A DNA stretch of 64,000 nucleotides from a cyanobacterium endosymbiont of Rhopalodia gibba (GCA_045159875.1 CP067995.1:224001-288000); one strand, 5' to 3'. Positions 34,573-46,656 are shown, counted from the stretch's first letter. The notes: generated from the sequence alone by a model not told the origin. Numbers and translations: made by a program.

Positions 34573-35607
34573 ATGCGGACAGTTGATAAACAGTCAGGAA
34601 CTCCCGAAGTCATGGATATAACGAAACATGGCTTACCGGTTACTATTATTACAGGATTTCTCGGTAGTGGAAAAACAACTCTTCTTAACTATATTCTTAC
34701 TAATCAAGAAGGATTAAAAACTGCAGTTCTTGTCAATGAATTTGGCGAAATTGGCATTGACAATGAACTTATTGTTACTACTGAAGATAATATGGTAGAG
34801 CTGAATAATGGTTGTATTTGTTGTACTATCAATGAAGATCTAGTTCAAGCAGTTTATAAAGTTTTAGAACGTCCTGAAAAAGTTGATTATTTGATCGTTG
34901 AAACTACTGGAATAGCTGATCCTTTACCAGTTGCTCTAACATTTTTAGGTACAGAATTAAGAGATATGACCCTCTTAGACTCTATTATTACAATGGTAGA
35001 TTGTTCTAATTTTAGTTTAGATTTATTCAATTCTCAAGCTGCCTATAGTCAAATTGCTTACGGAGATATTATTATTCTCAATAAGACAGATCTGGTGGAC
35101 AAATCAGACGTAGATTCTTTAGAAATTCGGATTCGAGATATTAAAGAAGCGGCCAGAATTGTACGCACTCAACAGTCTGAAGTCCCCTTACCTTTGATTT
35201 TAAGTGTGGGTTTATTTGATTCTAGTAAATATTTTGCTTCTAAAGAAGCAAAAAAAAATCACAAACACGAAAACAAACATCACCACCATGATCATTCTAA
35301 CCATTTAGACAATGATGGATTTATATCTATTTCTTTTGAAAGTGATAAACCTTTTTCAGTTCGTAAATTTCAGGACTTTCTAGACAATCAACTACCTGAG
35401 AATGTCTTTCGTGCTAAAGGTATTTTGTGGTTTGATGAAAGTCCCAAACGTCACATTTTTCACCTTAGTGGTAAACGGTTTACCTTAGAAGATGATGAAT
35501 GGAAAGGAGAGCCCAAAAATCAAATCGTATTAATTGGTCAAAATATTGACAGCCAAATATTGTATGAACAGATAGAAAACTGTATTTCTCCTTCTTTTAA
35601 TAATTGA
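34573..35607 (+). CDS. COG0523/CobW-family GTPase metallochaperone
   Basis: GFLGSGKTT, GCICC, ETTG and NKTD motifs; His-rich linker. Confidence 0.93.
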   Translation: MRTVDKQSGTPEVMDITKHGLPVTIITGFLGSGKTTLLNYILTNQEGLKTAVLVNEFGEIGIDNELIVTTEDNMVELNNGCICCTINEDLVQAVYKVLERPEKVDYLIVETTGIADPLPVALTFLGTELRDMTLLDSIITMVDCSNFSLDLFNSQAAYSQIAYGDIIILNKTDLVDKSDVDSLEIRIRDIKEAARIVRTQQSEVPLPLILSVGLFDSSKYFASKEAKKNHKHENKHHHHDHSNHLDNDGFISISFESDKPFSVRKFQDFLDNQLPENVFRAKGILWFDESPKRHIFHLSGKRFTLEDDEWKGEPKNQIVLIGQNIDSQILYEQIENCISPSFNN

Positions 35608-36077
35608 GCCAAAGAGTTTAGTCGCTAGAGTAATTTTACGAACAGTCTCTTAAATTAAATTTAAGGTAAGTTTACGAGTGGTGATTGCATATTTCATCAC
35701 TCTCTTGCTAGAGCCTGTATTATATTTGTAGCAAAATCGATGATTAATTTATTAGTCACAAGTATCATCAAAGATTGTTGCCACTTTTGAGAGATTGTTA
35801 AGAATAGATATTACTAATATTGGAACCAGTATCGGCTACTTAAAAATGAAAGTCCCTCGCCTGTCTCAAGAACAAAACTTCCTAATTCGTCTGTACTTGA
35901 ATTATTTTCTCAAACTAGTCCCTAAGTCTTGGAAGGGAAAATTATAGGATAGAGTGATCCTATATTTAAATGTCTTTCTATTTTGGTAATCGAATTAAAA
36001 GAAAGAGTCATGGATTTAAAGAAATGTATAACACGATTGAAAACTAGGATGAGAATTTGAAGTTTTTTTCATCCTCC

Positions 36078-36290
36078 ATTGCTTCAACCCAATGTTCTTG
36101 CAGATCGATCAATGTTATAAAAAAAGAAGCCTATCAATCAATCCAAGAAAGATCGCTTCATCGTCAACAACCAATTTATAATCTATGTAACTATATTGTA
36201 GTCTGTAGATGGACAGAAGTGGAATGTGAGTTAGAAGAGCATGATTATTTACTTCGAAATCGATGCATATATTTACCTGGCAAAAGGTTT
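36078..36290 (+). pseudogene. Degenerate DUF4327-family gene
   Basis: SINVIKKEA...RQQPIY.LC.YI...W.EVECELEEHDYLLR; the ATG is lost and the C-terminus diverges. Confidence 0.6.
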
Positions 36291-36559
36291 ATATATTTGA
36301 TTTATCTTGAGCTGAGGAGGTGGTTATCTCGGTTATGGAACAATTTTAAGAAAATTAATGGATATTAATGAGGATTTACGCCTATCAAAAGCAGGGATAA
36401 CTTATCGCGTCAATATTTTTTCTTTAGTTATGGACGCTCTTTATGAAGAATCTTTTGGAAAACAACAATGGGTTAGTTAATTGAGAAGAGACTATTGGGC
36501 GTGTTCAAGAAGTACATGTCAAAGACTTTACAGAACTTATTATGTAAAATTAACCAGTG

Positions 36560-36740
36560 AAATACCAAATCAAAAAATTTGAGAGTTAAAGATTGACAAA
36601 ATTTCTAAATCCATGATCCATAAGCTCTCCTTTTAATCAATTTTAATTTATTATTGATACTTTCTCCTATTCTTTGTTTCGTTCTTTAGAGAAAATAGAC
36701 GATAATTTCTCAGCTCTAATACTTAGTTTTCCACAGCTGG
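36560..36740 (-). mobile_element. ISL3 transposase C-terminal remnant
   Basis: ESINNKLKLIKRRAYG/GFRNFVNL; DNA is similar to 27030-27150. Confidence 0.8.
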
Positions 36741-36778
36741 GGAAAATAAACACGCTTTTTGACTCCACTCAACTAATT

Positions 36779-38464
36779 TTAATTAATATCTAAGTTGTCC
36801 AATCTATACTGTTTAATAAACTTACGCAATCCTTCTGTAGAATCTCCCGAAATTAAATGAGCAGGAAAGGTTTGTTTTTGACTGATATAGTTAATATAAG
36901 AGGATTGAAGATAAGGTTTGTAATCTTGATTATTGACAATATAGATTTCAAAAAAGGCTAACATCGTTGCATTAGTATAATTATCAAGTAAAACTGGACT
37001 TGGTAAAGTTAAATCAGGAAGAGTCTTAATTATATCTGTTAACCCTGCATCCAGTTGAGAAAAATCAATATGAGCTTGACCTTCTTGCAATAAAAGATAG
37101 CGATTTTTAGTTGTTAACCAGGGAAAAGATCGAGCCTGTTCAAATACAAAAGGCGTAGCTGGATCGTAATTTCCAGCACCAATAAAAGTTGGAATTATAA
37201 TATTATTTAATCCTTGTTCTCCAAAAATACTAGCATTAACGGGATTAATTGCATAAACTGCTTGTATTCGTTTATCTCGAAAATTGTAATCTTTCCGCTC
37301 TAATTTTAAAGCTCGACATTGAAGTAATAACGCTGTATTTAACTTACCCAATTCTATATTACAATCTTTTTTAAGTCCTTTGAAATCTATGGTTGCTCCC
37401 GCTAAAGCTAAGACGGTATAACCGCCAAAAGAATGACCGAAAACTCCTACATTTTCTATGTTTAGTTTTCCGCCAAACTCAGTAATATTACGCCGTTCTA
37501 ATTCATCTAAAGTCTGACTAATATCTAGGGGACGGTTTAAAAATTCATCAAGATAAAATATTTCTCCAGTATAACCGTCTAACAAGTCTTGAAGATGTTG
37601 AATATCACTCCCTGGATGTTGGGGAAGGGCGACCACGTAACCATAAGACGCTAAATGTTCAGCCCGTTTAGCAAAATCTTTGGGACTAGAACTTAACCCA
37701 TGAGAAATAATCACTACGGGGGTTTTACCCTCACGTTCTGTTTGGGGTCGATAGACATCAACATAAAATTTTTGTCCTCCCCATTGTATATTACGTCTTT
37801 TATTTCGCAAAATCCAACGTTTAGGTTTTTCTACTTCGAAAGGGCCTGGTTCTCGTATATCAATCAATTGGAAAAAATTGATAGGCGCAGTGTTTTGGGC
37901 TTCAATTTCTGACAAGTTAACTACCGCTTCACTAAATAAATAAGTATCCTGAACAATTACCTCAATTTGTCGAGATAAACGTAAGGTTTTTTTGATATCA
38001 ATTTGCATATTAACGGGGAGTTTTTTTAGAACATTAATTAAGCTTAATCCTTCAGGCTCAAAAGCTGCTTGGACTAATGAACCTCTCAGAGGATATTTAC
38101 CATTACGCCCTCCTTGAATGTTAATAACGTCTCCAAAATAATCCATGAGACGTTCCCCTTCATCGGTGCGGAGAAAGCGAGACAATAATACGGGATTAAC
38201 CTCTACTGGAGTCATTAGTGCCTCCCGAAATAAAACTTTTTTTTCTTCTGTAGCCCCGACAACATCTAAATAGAATGCCAAGTTCTTATCTATTTTTCCT
38301 TCTTTAGCAAATTTTTCTAAGGATTTAACCCTCACTGAGAGATTAATGGCATTATATAGTAAATATATCGTCTCGGCTCCATGAACAGAAGCTGCGAGAG
38401 TAAAAGTTACTGTGCTAAATACACTCAATAACCAAGGAACAAAGAAAATGTAAGAAAATCTCAT
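36779..38464 (-). CDS. DUF1400 alpha/beta hydrolase
   Basis: Signal peptide, DUF1400 N-terminus, SHGL, QHPGS and GHSFGG nucleophile motif. Confidence 0.9.
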   Translation of the reverse strand: MRFSYIFFVPWLLSVFSTVTFTLAASVHGAETIYLLYNAINLSVRVKSLEKFAKEGKIDKNLAFYLDVVGATEEKKVLFREALMTPVEVNPVLLSRFLRTDEGERLMDYFGDVINIQGGRNGKYPLRGSLVQAAFEPEGLSLINVLKKLPVNMQIDIKKTLRLSRQIEVIVQDTYLFSEAVVNLSEIEAQNTAPINFFQLIDIREPGPFEVEKPKRWILRNKRRNIQWGGQKFYVDVYRPQTEREGKTPVVIISHGLSSSPKDFAKRAEHLASYGYVVALPQHPGSDIQHLQDLLDGYTGEIFYLDEFLNRPLDISQTLDELERRNITEFGGKLNIENVGVFGHSFGGYTVLALAGATIDFKGLKKDCNIELGKLNTALLLQCRALKLERKDYNFRDKRIQAVYAINPVNASIFGEQGLNNIIIPTFIGAGNYDPATPFVFEQARSFPWLTTKNRYLLLQEGQAHIDFSQLDAGLTDIIKTLPDLTLPSPVLLDNYTNATMLAFFEIYIVNNQDYKPYLQSSYINYISQKQTFPAHLISGDSTEGLRKFIKQYRLDNLDIN

Positions 38465-39009
38465 CTGAAAGAATGTATAAATAATTTTATATTCATAGAT
38501 TTTATAATAAATTACTCTTATTCACAGATATCTCAGTTGATGTTTTTAATTCAATTTAAATTTGTTGTTCTATCTATTTTATTTTTTTCAAAGTAGTATT
38601 TGTACTAAGTTAAATATTTTTTAAAAAAATTAGGAATATATGAATTAATAAACATGGGACTAAGAGTAGACTATGATTTTACAACTACTCAACTTTTTAA
38701 TCTTCTAACTCTTAATAAAGATATTGTTGAACCAAATATCTCACAGTTCGTATTTAATTCTTCAAGGATAATATTAACCATATAGTTTGGAATTATCTTG
38801 CTCACTTCATGTTCTTGCAATAGAGTATTAACTTCTTAAGTTCCTGTGCTATAAGTAGATATGAGAACCAAGATATTCTCCCAATTTTTTGAAAATGTCA
38901 TCGAATGTTTGCGAAGAAATATATGTAAGGATTAGTTTTTATTCTAAGTAAAACCTTAATTTAATTCAAATGAAAGAATAATTATTTATTGTCTGAATTT
39001 TAAGTTAAG

Positions 39010-39837
39010 TTAAGTTAATTTAATTTTATTATATTGTTTAATAACTAAACTGAGTAAATAAGTAATCCCAGATATTAGAATAATAGTTGCCCCAGAAGTT
39101 AAGTTAAAGTAATAAGATAAACCCAATCCCAGGGTGGTAAAAAATCCTCCTAGGATAATCGCAACTATCATTATTTGTTTAAGATCTTGCAGAAATTGCT
39201 CTGCAATTGCTGCCGGAATTGTTAATAATGCAATTACCATAATCAATCCGACAATCTGCATCACCATTACCACAGTTAAAGCAATCATGGCAACTAATAT
39301 CAGATAAAGAGTATCCGCAGGAATATCACGAGTTAATGCAAAAACACGATCAAAAGAAATAGCTAATAATTCCTTGTAAAACATTGTTACTATCAAGATA
39401 ATAATAGTATTTAGACCTACTACTATCAATAGATTTGCTTTGGATACTGTTAGAATACTCCCAAATAAGTAACTCATTAAATCTGCTTTATACCCTGGGG
39501 TTAAATCCACTAAAATAATCCCAATCGCCATACCAACTGCCCACATGACACCAATCAAAGTATCCGCCCTTTGTTCAGTTTTTTGGGCTATCCATCCCAT
39601 TCCTAAAGCTGCCATCAACGCAAAAATAATCGCCCCGACAATAGGATTAAAGCCATAAAAATAACCCAACCCAATACCACCATAGGCTGCGTGGGCAATT
39701 CCTCCACTGATAAATACAATACGGTTGACAACCACAAATGTACCGACGATACCACAAGCAATACTAACTAATACCCCTACTAAAAGAGCATTCCGCATGA
39801 ATTCAAATTGAAATAATTCAAAAATACTTTCAATCAT
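39010..39837 (-). CDS. znuB: Zn/Mn ABC transporter permease
   Basis: FMRNALL, AHAAYGG and SYLFGSIL motifs; likely ATG at 39837 overlapping the znuC end. Confidence 0.88.
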   Translation of the reverse strand: MIESIFELFQFEFMRNALLVGVLVSIACGIVGTFVVVNRIVFISGGIAHAAYGGIGLGYFYGFNPIVGAIIFALMAALGMGWIAQKTEQRADTLIGVMWAVGMAIGIILVDLTPGYKADLMSYLFGSILTVSKANLLIVVGLNTIIILIVTMFYKELLAISFDRVFALTRDIPADTLYLILVAMIALTVVMVMQIVGLIMVIALLTIPAAIAEQFLQDLKQIMIVAIILGGFFTTLGLGLSYYFNLTSGATIILISGITYLLSLVIKQYNKIKLT

Positions 39838-40606
39838 TAATGTAAAGGGAGTAAGAATGTTGAGAAAGAATCTGATGGGGGACTCTATGGGCAATTAAAT
39901 CAATAGGACATTGATAAGTCCGTTCAATAATATCACTGGTGAGCTGGTTCTCTCTGTGATAGAGTAAACGGCGGTTGAGAGAGCCTATAGTTTTAACGTA
40001 TGTTGAAATTTCTTCTATATCATGGGATATCATCAAAATTGTGATGTATTGATTAATCTCTTTCAGTAACTTATAAATACTGCTTTTTATTTTGTAATCA
40101 ACACTTGCCGTAGGTTCATCCAACAACAAAATACGAGGTTCTGAAGCTAAAGCGCGGGCAATATAAACACGTTGACGTTGACCTCCCGATAGTTGGCCAA
40201 TGGGACGATTGCGCAATTCGACTATTCCTACTTTTTCTAAACTATGATTAACAATGGCTTCGTCTTTAGCATTGTATCTGTGTAATAGACGACGTTTTCC
40301 TAACCTTCCCATCCTGACGACATCAGCAACCCTGACGGGAAACTCTCGATCAAATTCTAAGACTTGAGGAACATAACCTATATATTGTCGTCCCAAGCCG
40401 ACTCGCTTTCCCATGATTCTAACATTTCCTTGGTAAGGAGAAATTAATCCTAATATTAGTTTTAATAAGGTTGTCTTTCCTCCTCCATTTGGACCAATTA
40501 ACCCGATAAAATCTCCTTCGTAAACCGTAAAATTAATATCCTCTAAGACAGAAGTTTGATTATATTTGACCCAGACATGATTCAGACTAATAACTTCAGT
40601 AGACAT
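39830..40606 (-). CDS. znuC: Zn/Mn ABC transporter ATPase
   Basis: GPNGGGKT, LSGGQRQR and LLLDEP motifs; C-terminal CPIDLIAH. Confidence 0.9.
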   Translation of the reverse strand: MSTEVISLNHVWVKYNQTSVLEDINFTVYEGDFIGLIGPNGGGKTTLLKLILGLISPYQGNVRIMGKRVGLGRQYIGYVPQVLEFDREFPVRVADVVRMGRLGKRRLLHRYNAKDEAIVNHSLEKVGIVELRNRPIGQLSGGQRQRVYIARALASEPRILLLDEPTASVDYKIKSSIYKLLKEINQYITILMISHDIEEISTYVKTIGSLNRRLLYHRENQLTSDIIERTYQCPIDLIAHRVPHQILSQHSYSLYIND

Positions 40607-40637
40607 AAAGTCAAATTGGTGGTAGTGCTTTATAAAT

Positions 40638-41555
40638 TTAATCTAAAACATTAGAAAGAATTTCAGAAACTTTTAGTAAATTTTCTGACCAATTAGCTTC
40701 TAAGGGACTAATTAATAAAACTTCTCCATTGATTTCCTTGGCAATAATTGTAGCAGGATTAGTATTTAATTCTGGCTGAGCAAAAATAATTTTTATTTTT
40801 TCTTCTTTAGCTTCTTTGACTAATTTTCCTAACTCTGCAGGACTTGGTCCTTGACCTCCTACTTCTACAGGTATTTGAGTCAAGTTATACTCATTAGCAA
40901 AGTAACCCCAGGCCGGATGAAATACGACAAACTTTCTATTTTCTATTTGGCTAAGATTTTCTTTTATTTTACTACCTAACTGCTCAATTTCTTGTAGAAA
41001 TATTTCTAAATTTTCTAAATACTCTACCTGATAATTAGGATCAAGCCTGGTTAATCCTTGATAAATATTTTGAGCCTGAATCTTGGCTAATGTTGGAGAT
41101 AGCCAAATATGGGGATCTAGGGTTTCTGTCGCGCTTTTTGATTTTGATTTATCATGGTGATATTCATGGTGATGATGGTTTATCATAGGGAGGCGTTCTA
41201 TTCCTTTAGCTGAGTCGATAATTTGCAATTGAGTATTCGCCCCTGAAATCTTATCTATCCACGCTCTTTCAAATGGGATACCGATAGTAATGTAAGCTTT
41301 AGCATGACTCAAAGCTTGTAATTGTTCGGGTTTTGGTTCATAGTTATGGAAGTCGGCCCCAGGTCTTACCATAACATTAATCTTGACGCGATCACCTCCA
41401 ATTTTACTGACAAAATATTTCTGGGGAACAATACTTACAGTAATATTTAAAATTTCTTTAGTCTTGCTTTGAGTCCCTAATGGGTTACTACATCCGGTCA
41501 TTGTAACAACGTTCAACACCAGGGTCATCCAGATAGCCGAAACCTGCAAATTCAT
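40638..41555 (-). CDS. znuA: Zn ABC transporter substrate-binding lipoprotein
   Basis: Lipobox MTGC, HNYEP, His-rich loop, DPHIWLSP and FHPAWGYF. Confidence 0.9.
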   Translation of the reverse strand: MNLQVSAIWMTLVLNVVTMTGCSNPLGTQSKTKEILNITVSIVPQKYFVSKIGGDRVKINVMVRPGADFHNYEPKPEQLQALSHAKAYITIGIPFERAWIDKISGANTQLQIIDSAKGIERLPMINHHHHEYHHDKSKSKSATETLDPHIWLSPTLAKIQAQNIYQGLTRLDPNYQVEYLENLEIFLQEIEQLGSKIKENLSQIENRKFVVFHPAWGYFANEYNLTQIPVEVGGQGPSPAELGKLVKEAKEEKIKIIFAQPELNTNPATIIAKEINGEVLLISPLEANWSENLLKVSEILSNVLD

Positions 41556-42029
41556 TTAAGATTATGACCTTTATAATAAGAGTAACAACAAGCATAATTA
41601 TATTTTATATAACTTGAGAAGCATTTAAATACTTCACTAGATGCTGTATCTATAAAAGACAATGTAGCTGTCAACCTGGAACAATATTTATTAACCATAT
41701 CATTTTTTTGTTCTAACTTATATTCCCCACTATTTTTAAAATTTTTTCTTTTTTTACAAGAAAAAAAATTATCATTTTAAATTGTCTATATTAGATGATA
41801 TTTTTTTGTAAAGGTCAAGAGATACAGTGCTACTTAAACTAGTGTCTTTCTTTAAAGAATGATTTACTTAAAAAGACTACAACTTCTCAATTGTTTTTAT
41901 TCTAAAAATAGAGAAATAATTTTTACAATATTTACTTCAAATCACGAAGAGTAGTTATGCAAACTTTATTTGTCAAACCAAATTAGTAGGATAGAATTAA
42001 TTAGAGCTATTTTAAGTAAAAAAAACTAA

Positions 42030-42480
42030 GAATTAAAAAATAATAGATTTTGGCAATCTATAAGTTTTTTTTATTAACTTTAATTTAAGAATAAAATATT
42101 AAACCGGTTTTTAATCTGTTCCTCGACTATTATAAATAATAATTTCTTTAATCAGAGGTCTAATTATTCAATTTCACTATTTTTAAGTCAAATGGATTAA
42201 GTAATACTAAATAGTGCTGAGACCCAGTCTTATTTTTTATTTAAAATTTTTAATTTTTTTAAAAAATTGTTTCTTTAGAAAACTAGTGATGTTTTATACA
42301 CCTAATTTAGTTTTATTTTTTATTTTAATCTTCTTTATTTTTAGGTAAGAGATATTTTCTCTTATTCAACTATGATATTTTTTGTCTGACTAGTACTTTT
42401 GAGTCACTTATAGTCTCGTTCAAGTTTATTTGCTCATCTAATGGAGTATGAACTTGTTTTATACTATATCTGATAGCCAT
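42030..42480 (-). mobile_element. ISL3 transposase remnant (3' half)
   Basis: IKQVHTPLDEQ...LNKRKYLLPKNKED...LKLKLIK. Confidence 0.6.
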
Positions 42481-42499
42481 ATCCTTTTCAAAAATTAGA

Positions 42500-43100
42500 G
42501 GGAGTTTAACTAATGCTCATCTACTAATATCCATAACCTTTATACTGGCTCTAATTCTTGAGAGTAAGCTGGCAAATATTTTCTTGATAGCCCTACATCT
42601 TTATCTCAATGTTCATAAACTAAATTCAGCAATCTTCTATTTATTCTTAGACTTCAACTTTATCAGTTTTTTACCGTTAGTCAGTTGACAAATATATAGA
42701 CACATAACCTTTATGGATCTGGCTTTTCATCACAGTTAATCTTTACCCAATGGAACTTTAAACTTTTATTTTAATTTGCTTTAAAACCACTCTAAGTTCA
42801 CCAAAAACTATGTACTTAATTTTAGCTTTTAAATATTTTTTATATATTTTAACTTCTTTTGGGTTAAAACCTATAAATTTCTATATTCTATTTCTAGAAT
42901 TGAATAAGATTATCCAAACTTTTTAAAGTTATTTAATTCTAATTTTTTTAAAAAATATTTTTTCTACTCAACAAACTATTTTAGGTTCTGTGCATATTTG
43001 TATATCTCTACTTAAAATTCTTCCCCTTAAAATTTTTAAGGGCTTCTCTTCTCAATCAATTATATTCGTGGATAAATTGCCTACTGTAATTAATATTTAT
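42500..43100 (-). mobile_element. IS630 transposase remnant (DDE region)
   Basis: FGELRVVLKQIKIKV*SSIG*R (compare DEHRVGLKPILRKVWSPIGER) and YLPAYSQELEPV*RLWILVDE (compare LPPYSPELQPAERLW). Confidence 0.8.
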
Positions 43101-43199
43101 TTCTCTAGATAACGCACTATTTTTTATATTTTATACATAAAATACTTTTTAAAAGGAAGTACTCTATTCTTAGATATAAGTAACTTTTACTTTTTAATT

Positions 43200-43560
43200 A
43201 CTTAATTTTTGGCTTAAGCAAACAAAATATAGAGTTAAGTAAGATTTTTAAACATCGTTTTATTCTAGATTATTTTCCTATTGTTGTCAGTGGATATTCA
43301 TGATTTTATTGTTTTGTTATATTCAATTTATATGCTACTACTTCGACACGTATGATTAATTGATTAATGACTTGTTTACAGAAATTTCTAAGATCTATAC
43401 AAATTTATTCAATTTTGGTAAAAACCTTTTTTTCCAAGTCTCTAGCTATTCTACTATTTCTTTTGACATTCTTATTCCCATGGTTGCTATGCTTACTCTT
43501 TTATCTAAAAATACTAAAATTACATAATGACTGTCTAGTTCTTTAATGACAGCAATTTTA
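43200..43560 (-). mobile_element. ISL3 transposase remnant (middle)
   Basis: KIAVIKELDSHYVILVFLDKRV.../KIE*ICIDL...VEVVAYKLNITKQ. Confidence 0.7.
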
Positions 43561-44988
43561 TTTAAATTTTAATATAGTTTTTGGATGCTTAAATTAGTAT
43601 AAATCCAACTATTTATATCTCATTTAAATTTTAAATAATGGGTAGTAATAAATTTTTTAAAGCTTAAAAATTAAATTATAGTTAGTAATAATTATCTAAT
43701 AATTTAGACATAAAATTGACGATAAAATTATCTGTATAGTAGAATTATTACTAACTTTTTTCGATATTTTTAATTTTTACATCATAGGTTCAGCAAAACT
43801 ACTTTATTCTTAACTACTAATTATAGTTTAATAGATAATTTAATACTTCTATTAAATGTACATTTAAAAAAAATAGTAGGTCAACCATCATAAATAGTTA
43901 TTTAATTTTGATTAAATCAACTATTTTTTTAATACAAAATATAGACTTTATATCCTAGTATAAACTATAAAAAAAGCTTGAATTGACTCTCGTTATATAT
44001 GTTTAAATTATCGGAGACAACAATACTATACTAAAGTTTTTTAGAGTCTTTTGAGAACTAATTTCTATGATTTAGTAATTTCTTAAAAAGAGAGTTTAAT
44101 TAACTAAAATTTTGATGTTCTTCAAGAAATAATAGGTTCACTACATCTAGTAACTTTTTTTATTCCTATTATTGTCATTATATTATTGAATAGATTGTTT
44201 TCTAAATGTTCTGGTGTAAAACTTAAAATATATACTCATAAACGAAATTAATTAAATTAATAACTGATTCATGATGACAATCAATTGTTAATTTTATGAG
44301 CTTTGTCCACTAATCTTAGAGTCTTTACTTTTGTACTATCTACATTCTTAAGTCTACTAGCTTATCTTACTTAAAGTCTTATAATGCCTGATTATTGAAT
44401 CATATCCTTTTTCAAGGAGAAAGTACATCTTAGCACTAAAAATAATTTAAAAACAAACTTCAAACTTACTATTAAGAAAAACTTAACATAGATAAGCTAG
44501 TTTCTATGACTATAGCATTAGCAATTAATTCTTCTTATGTTCTCCTACTATAAGTATCAATTCCCCTTTTAGGGAATAAGATTAAATCATAAATCAGAGT
44601 GTTTATTATAATTTTTAAATTAGTCTTATACCGATTTTTTACAAAAAACCTGAAAAGTTTTTAATTAGATATTTTTACAAAATGAACAATTTTTAGTAAA
44701 TGGGTATTCAAAGTTAAGATAAATAAATTAATCTCTAATCATAATATTAAGTAAGTCCAATAAAATATTCGTATAGATTAAAAAGAATATACATCGTTAT
44801 ACGTATTTTTTTTGTTTAAAAGTTAAGTATTAGTTGATCAAACTTTGTCTAAACAAAAACATAACCTGATTTAGCAACACGATTAATGCAAGCTTTTATC
44901 TAGATTATCAACAAACTAAAACATTGTTGTAGTCATACATAAATTTCAGTGTTTAGCTGTAACGATTATACTTTAAATTTAATCATCA

Positions 44989-46656
44989 TTATTTAATCTT
45001 AAAATACAACAATATTATCCCTAATAATAATAATATTTTGGTTAACCAATCACCCCATTGGACGTATAAAGTGCGGCTGTGACTACGATAAATTTTTCCC
45101 TGATGTAATTGATAAGTGTTAATATTAGATATCCATAAAGTTTGACCACGAGGATTGATAATGCCAGAATACCCGGTGTTAGTTACTCTTGCCATCCATT
45201 TACCTGTTTCAATGGCTCTAATTATATCTTGAGCATGATGTTGGGCAGGCATTGCTGCACTATAATGGGCATTATTGGATGCTGTAATTATAAATTCTCC
45301 ACCTATTTTTGCTTGACGACGAAAATGTTCACTAAAGGCTGATTCATAGCAAATTCCTACAATTGCTTGACCAAAGGGAGTCTTAAAAATTTGATCGTTA
45401 TCCCCTGCTTTTAAATGACTGTCTAAAGGAGAAAGTCGATCAATAACTTTGCCTAAAATAAATTCAAAAGGAATATATTCTCCCAAAGGAACCAATTTTA
45501 CTTTATCAAAACGGCTTAGTATTTTTCCTTCTCCTGTCACTGAAAATAGGCTATTAGTATAGCTGTTGTTTCTCCTGCCAAATGCTCCCAATAAAATAGG
45601 GACTTTGTGTGTCAAGATTTCTGAATATAAAGGACTATTAATTACAATATAATTCCAGTTAAAGGGTAAAGCAGTTTCTGGCGTTATGATTAAATCAACT
45701 CCTTGATAAGCTAATAGTTTATAGCCATTTGTATAAGCATGAGTCGATTTTTGTAAACCCTCAGTATAAAGTTTTATCGTATTGGGAATATTACCTTGAA
45801 TAATACCTACTTTAATAGCACTCTTTTCTGATTTTAAAACTGGAACATTATATAAAAATAATCCTATTAAATGTGAACTCAATAACACTATTTTTGACAT
45901 AAAAATAAGAGTTAAAGAGTGACAATAATATAGATTAGATCTGAGGCAATTATATTTTTTTTTTTTATACAAAAAAAATAGTTGAGATTGATTAGTCTGC
46001 AAAACAATTCCTTCTGCAATTAATCCATTAACAGCAACAATAGTCGCAGTTACAGTCGAAAATCCGGAGAATTGACTGAGTTGTAGAATAGCTAAATTAT
46101 CAGGACTTTGCGTGTATGAAAGTGAAGTCCACCATAAAGGTCCTTGACTCCAAATTAACTCCAATAAACACCAGATTGCAATACCAAAAACAACTCTTAA
46201 GCAAGAATTAATTAAAGTATTTTTAAGACAAATATTTTTATACTTTAGATGATCAAAAAACCTAATAGTCAATGACCAAATAACAACCAATACAGCTCCC
46301 CAAAGGGTAATAAATAGCCAACAAATAATAGCAATTAATAAACTAGTAAACCAAGAAAATTTCATCCAAGTCATCGGATGAATTCCCGTAATCCAAAATA
46401 AACTGAATCCATGATAACCTAGTCCCCAAAATAAAGCAATCCAGGTTTTATTATTAAAAATAAAAGATTTTAGAGTTGGTTTCTCTTCGAATTGATTAAT
46501 ATAATTATGAGTTTTAATTGTAAAAAACCATAGAGGAATTAAAGCTAACCATGCTAAGTAAAAAGCCGATATGGGAGCAGTTGATAATCCCATTAATATT
46601 CCACTAAAAAAAGTTATAATTATTGGCATATCAAAATTAAAAAAATCATTTGTCAT
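44989..46656 (-). CDS. lnt: Apolipoprotein N-acyltransferase
   Basis: Multi-TM N-terminus; QGNI, PETA, KVKLVPLGE, ICYES and TNTG motifs (E-K-C triad intact). Confidence 0.92.
   Translation of the reverse strand: MTNDFFNFDMPIIITFFSGILMGLSTAPISAFYLAWLALIPLWFFTIKTHNYINQFEEKPTLKSFIFNNKTWIALFWGLGYHGFSLFWITGIHPMTWMKFSWFTSLLIAIICWLFITLWGAVLVVIWSLTIRFFDHLKYKNICLKNTLINSCLRVVFGIAIWCLLELIWSQGPLWWTSLSYTQSPDNLAILQLSQFSGFSTVTATIVAVNGLIAEGIVLQTNQSQLFFLYKKKKYNCLRSNLYYCHSLTLIFMSKIVLLSSHLIGLFLYNVPVLKSEKSAIKVGIIQGNIPNTIKLYTEGLQKSTHAYTNGYKLLAYQGVDLIITPETALPFNWNYIVINSPLYSEILTHKVPILLGAFGRRNNSYTNSLFSVTGEGKILSRFDKVKLVPLGEYIPFEFILGKVIDRLSPLDSHLKAGDNDQIFKTPFGQAIVGICYESAFSEHFRRQAKIGGEFIITASNNAHYSAAMPAQHHAQDIIRAIETGKWMARVTNTGYSGIINPRGQTLWISNINTYQLHQGKIYRSHSRTLYVQWGDWLTKILLLLGIILLYFKIK

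Noticed and set aside
41615..41629. Zur box upstream of znuA
   Set aside because: tgagaagcatttaaa has too many mismatches to TGATAATNATTATCA.
45955..45966. 12-nt homopolymer in lnt as a phase-variation switch
   Set aside because: The frame is intact and such runs are expected in very AT-rich DNA.
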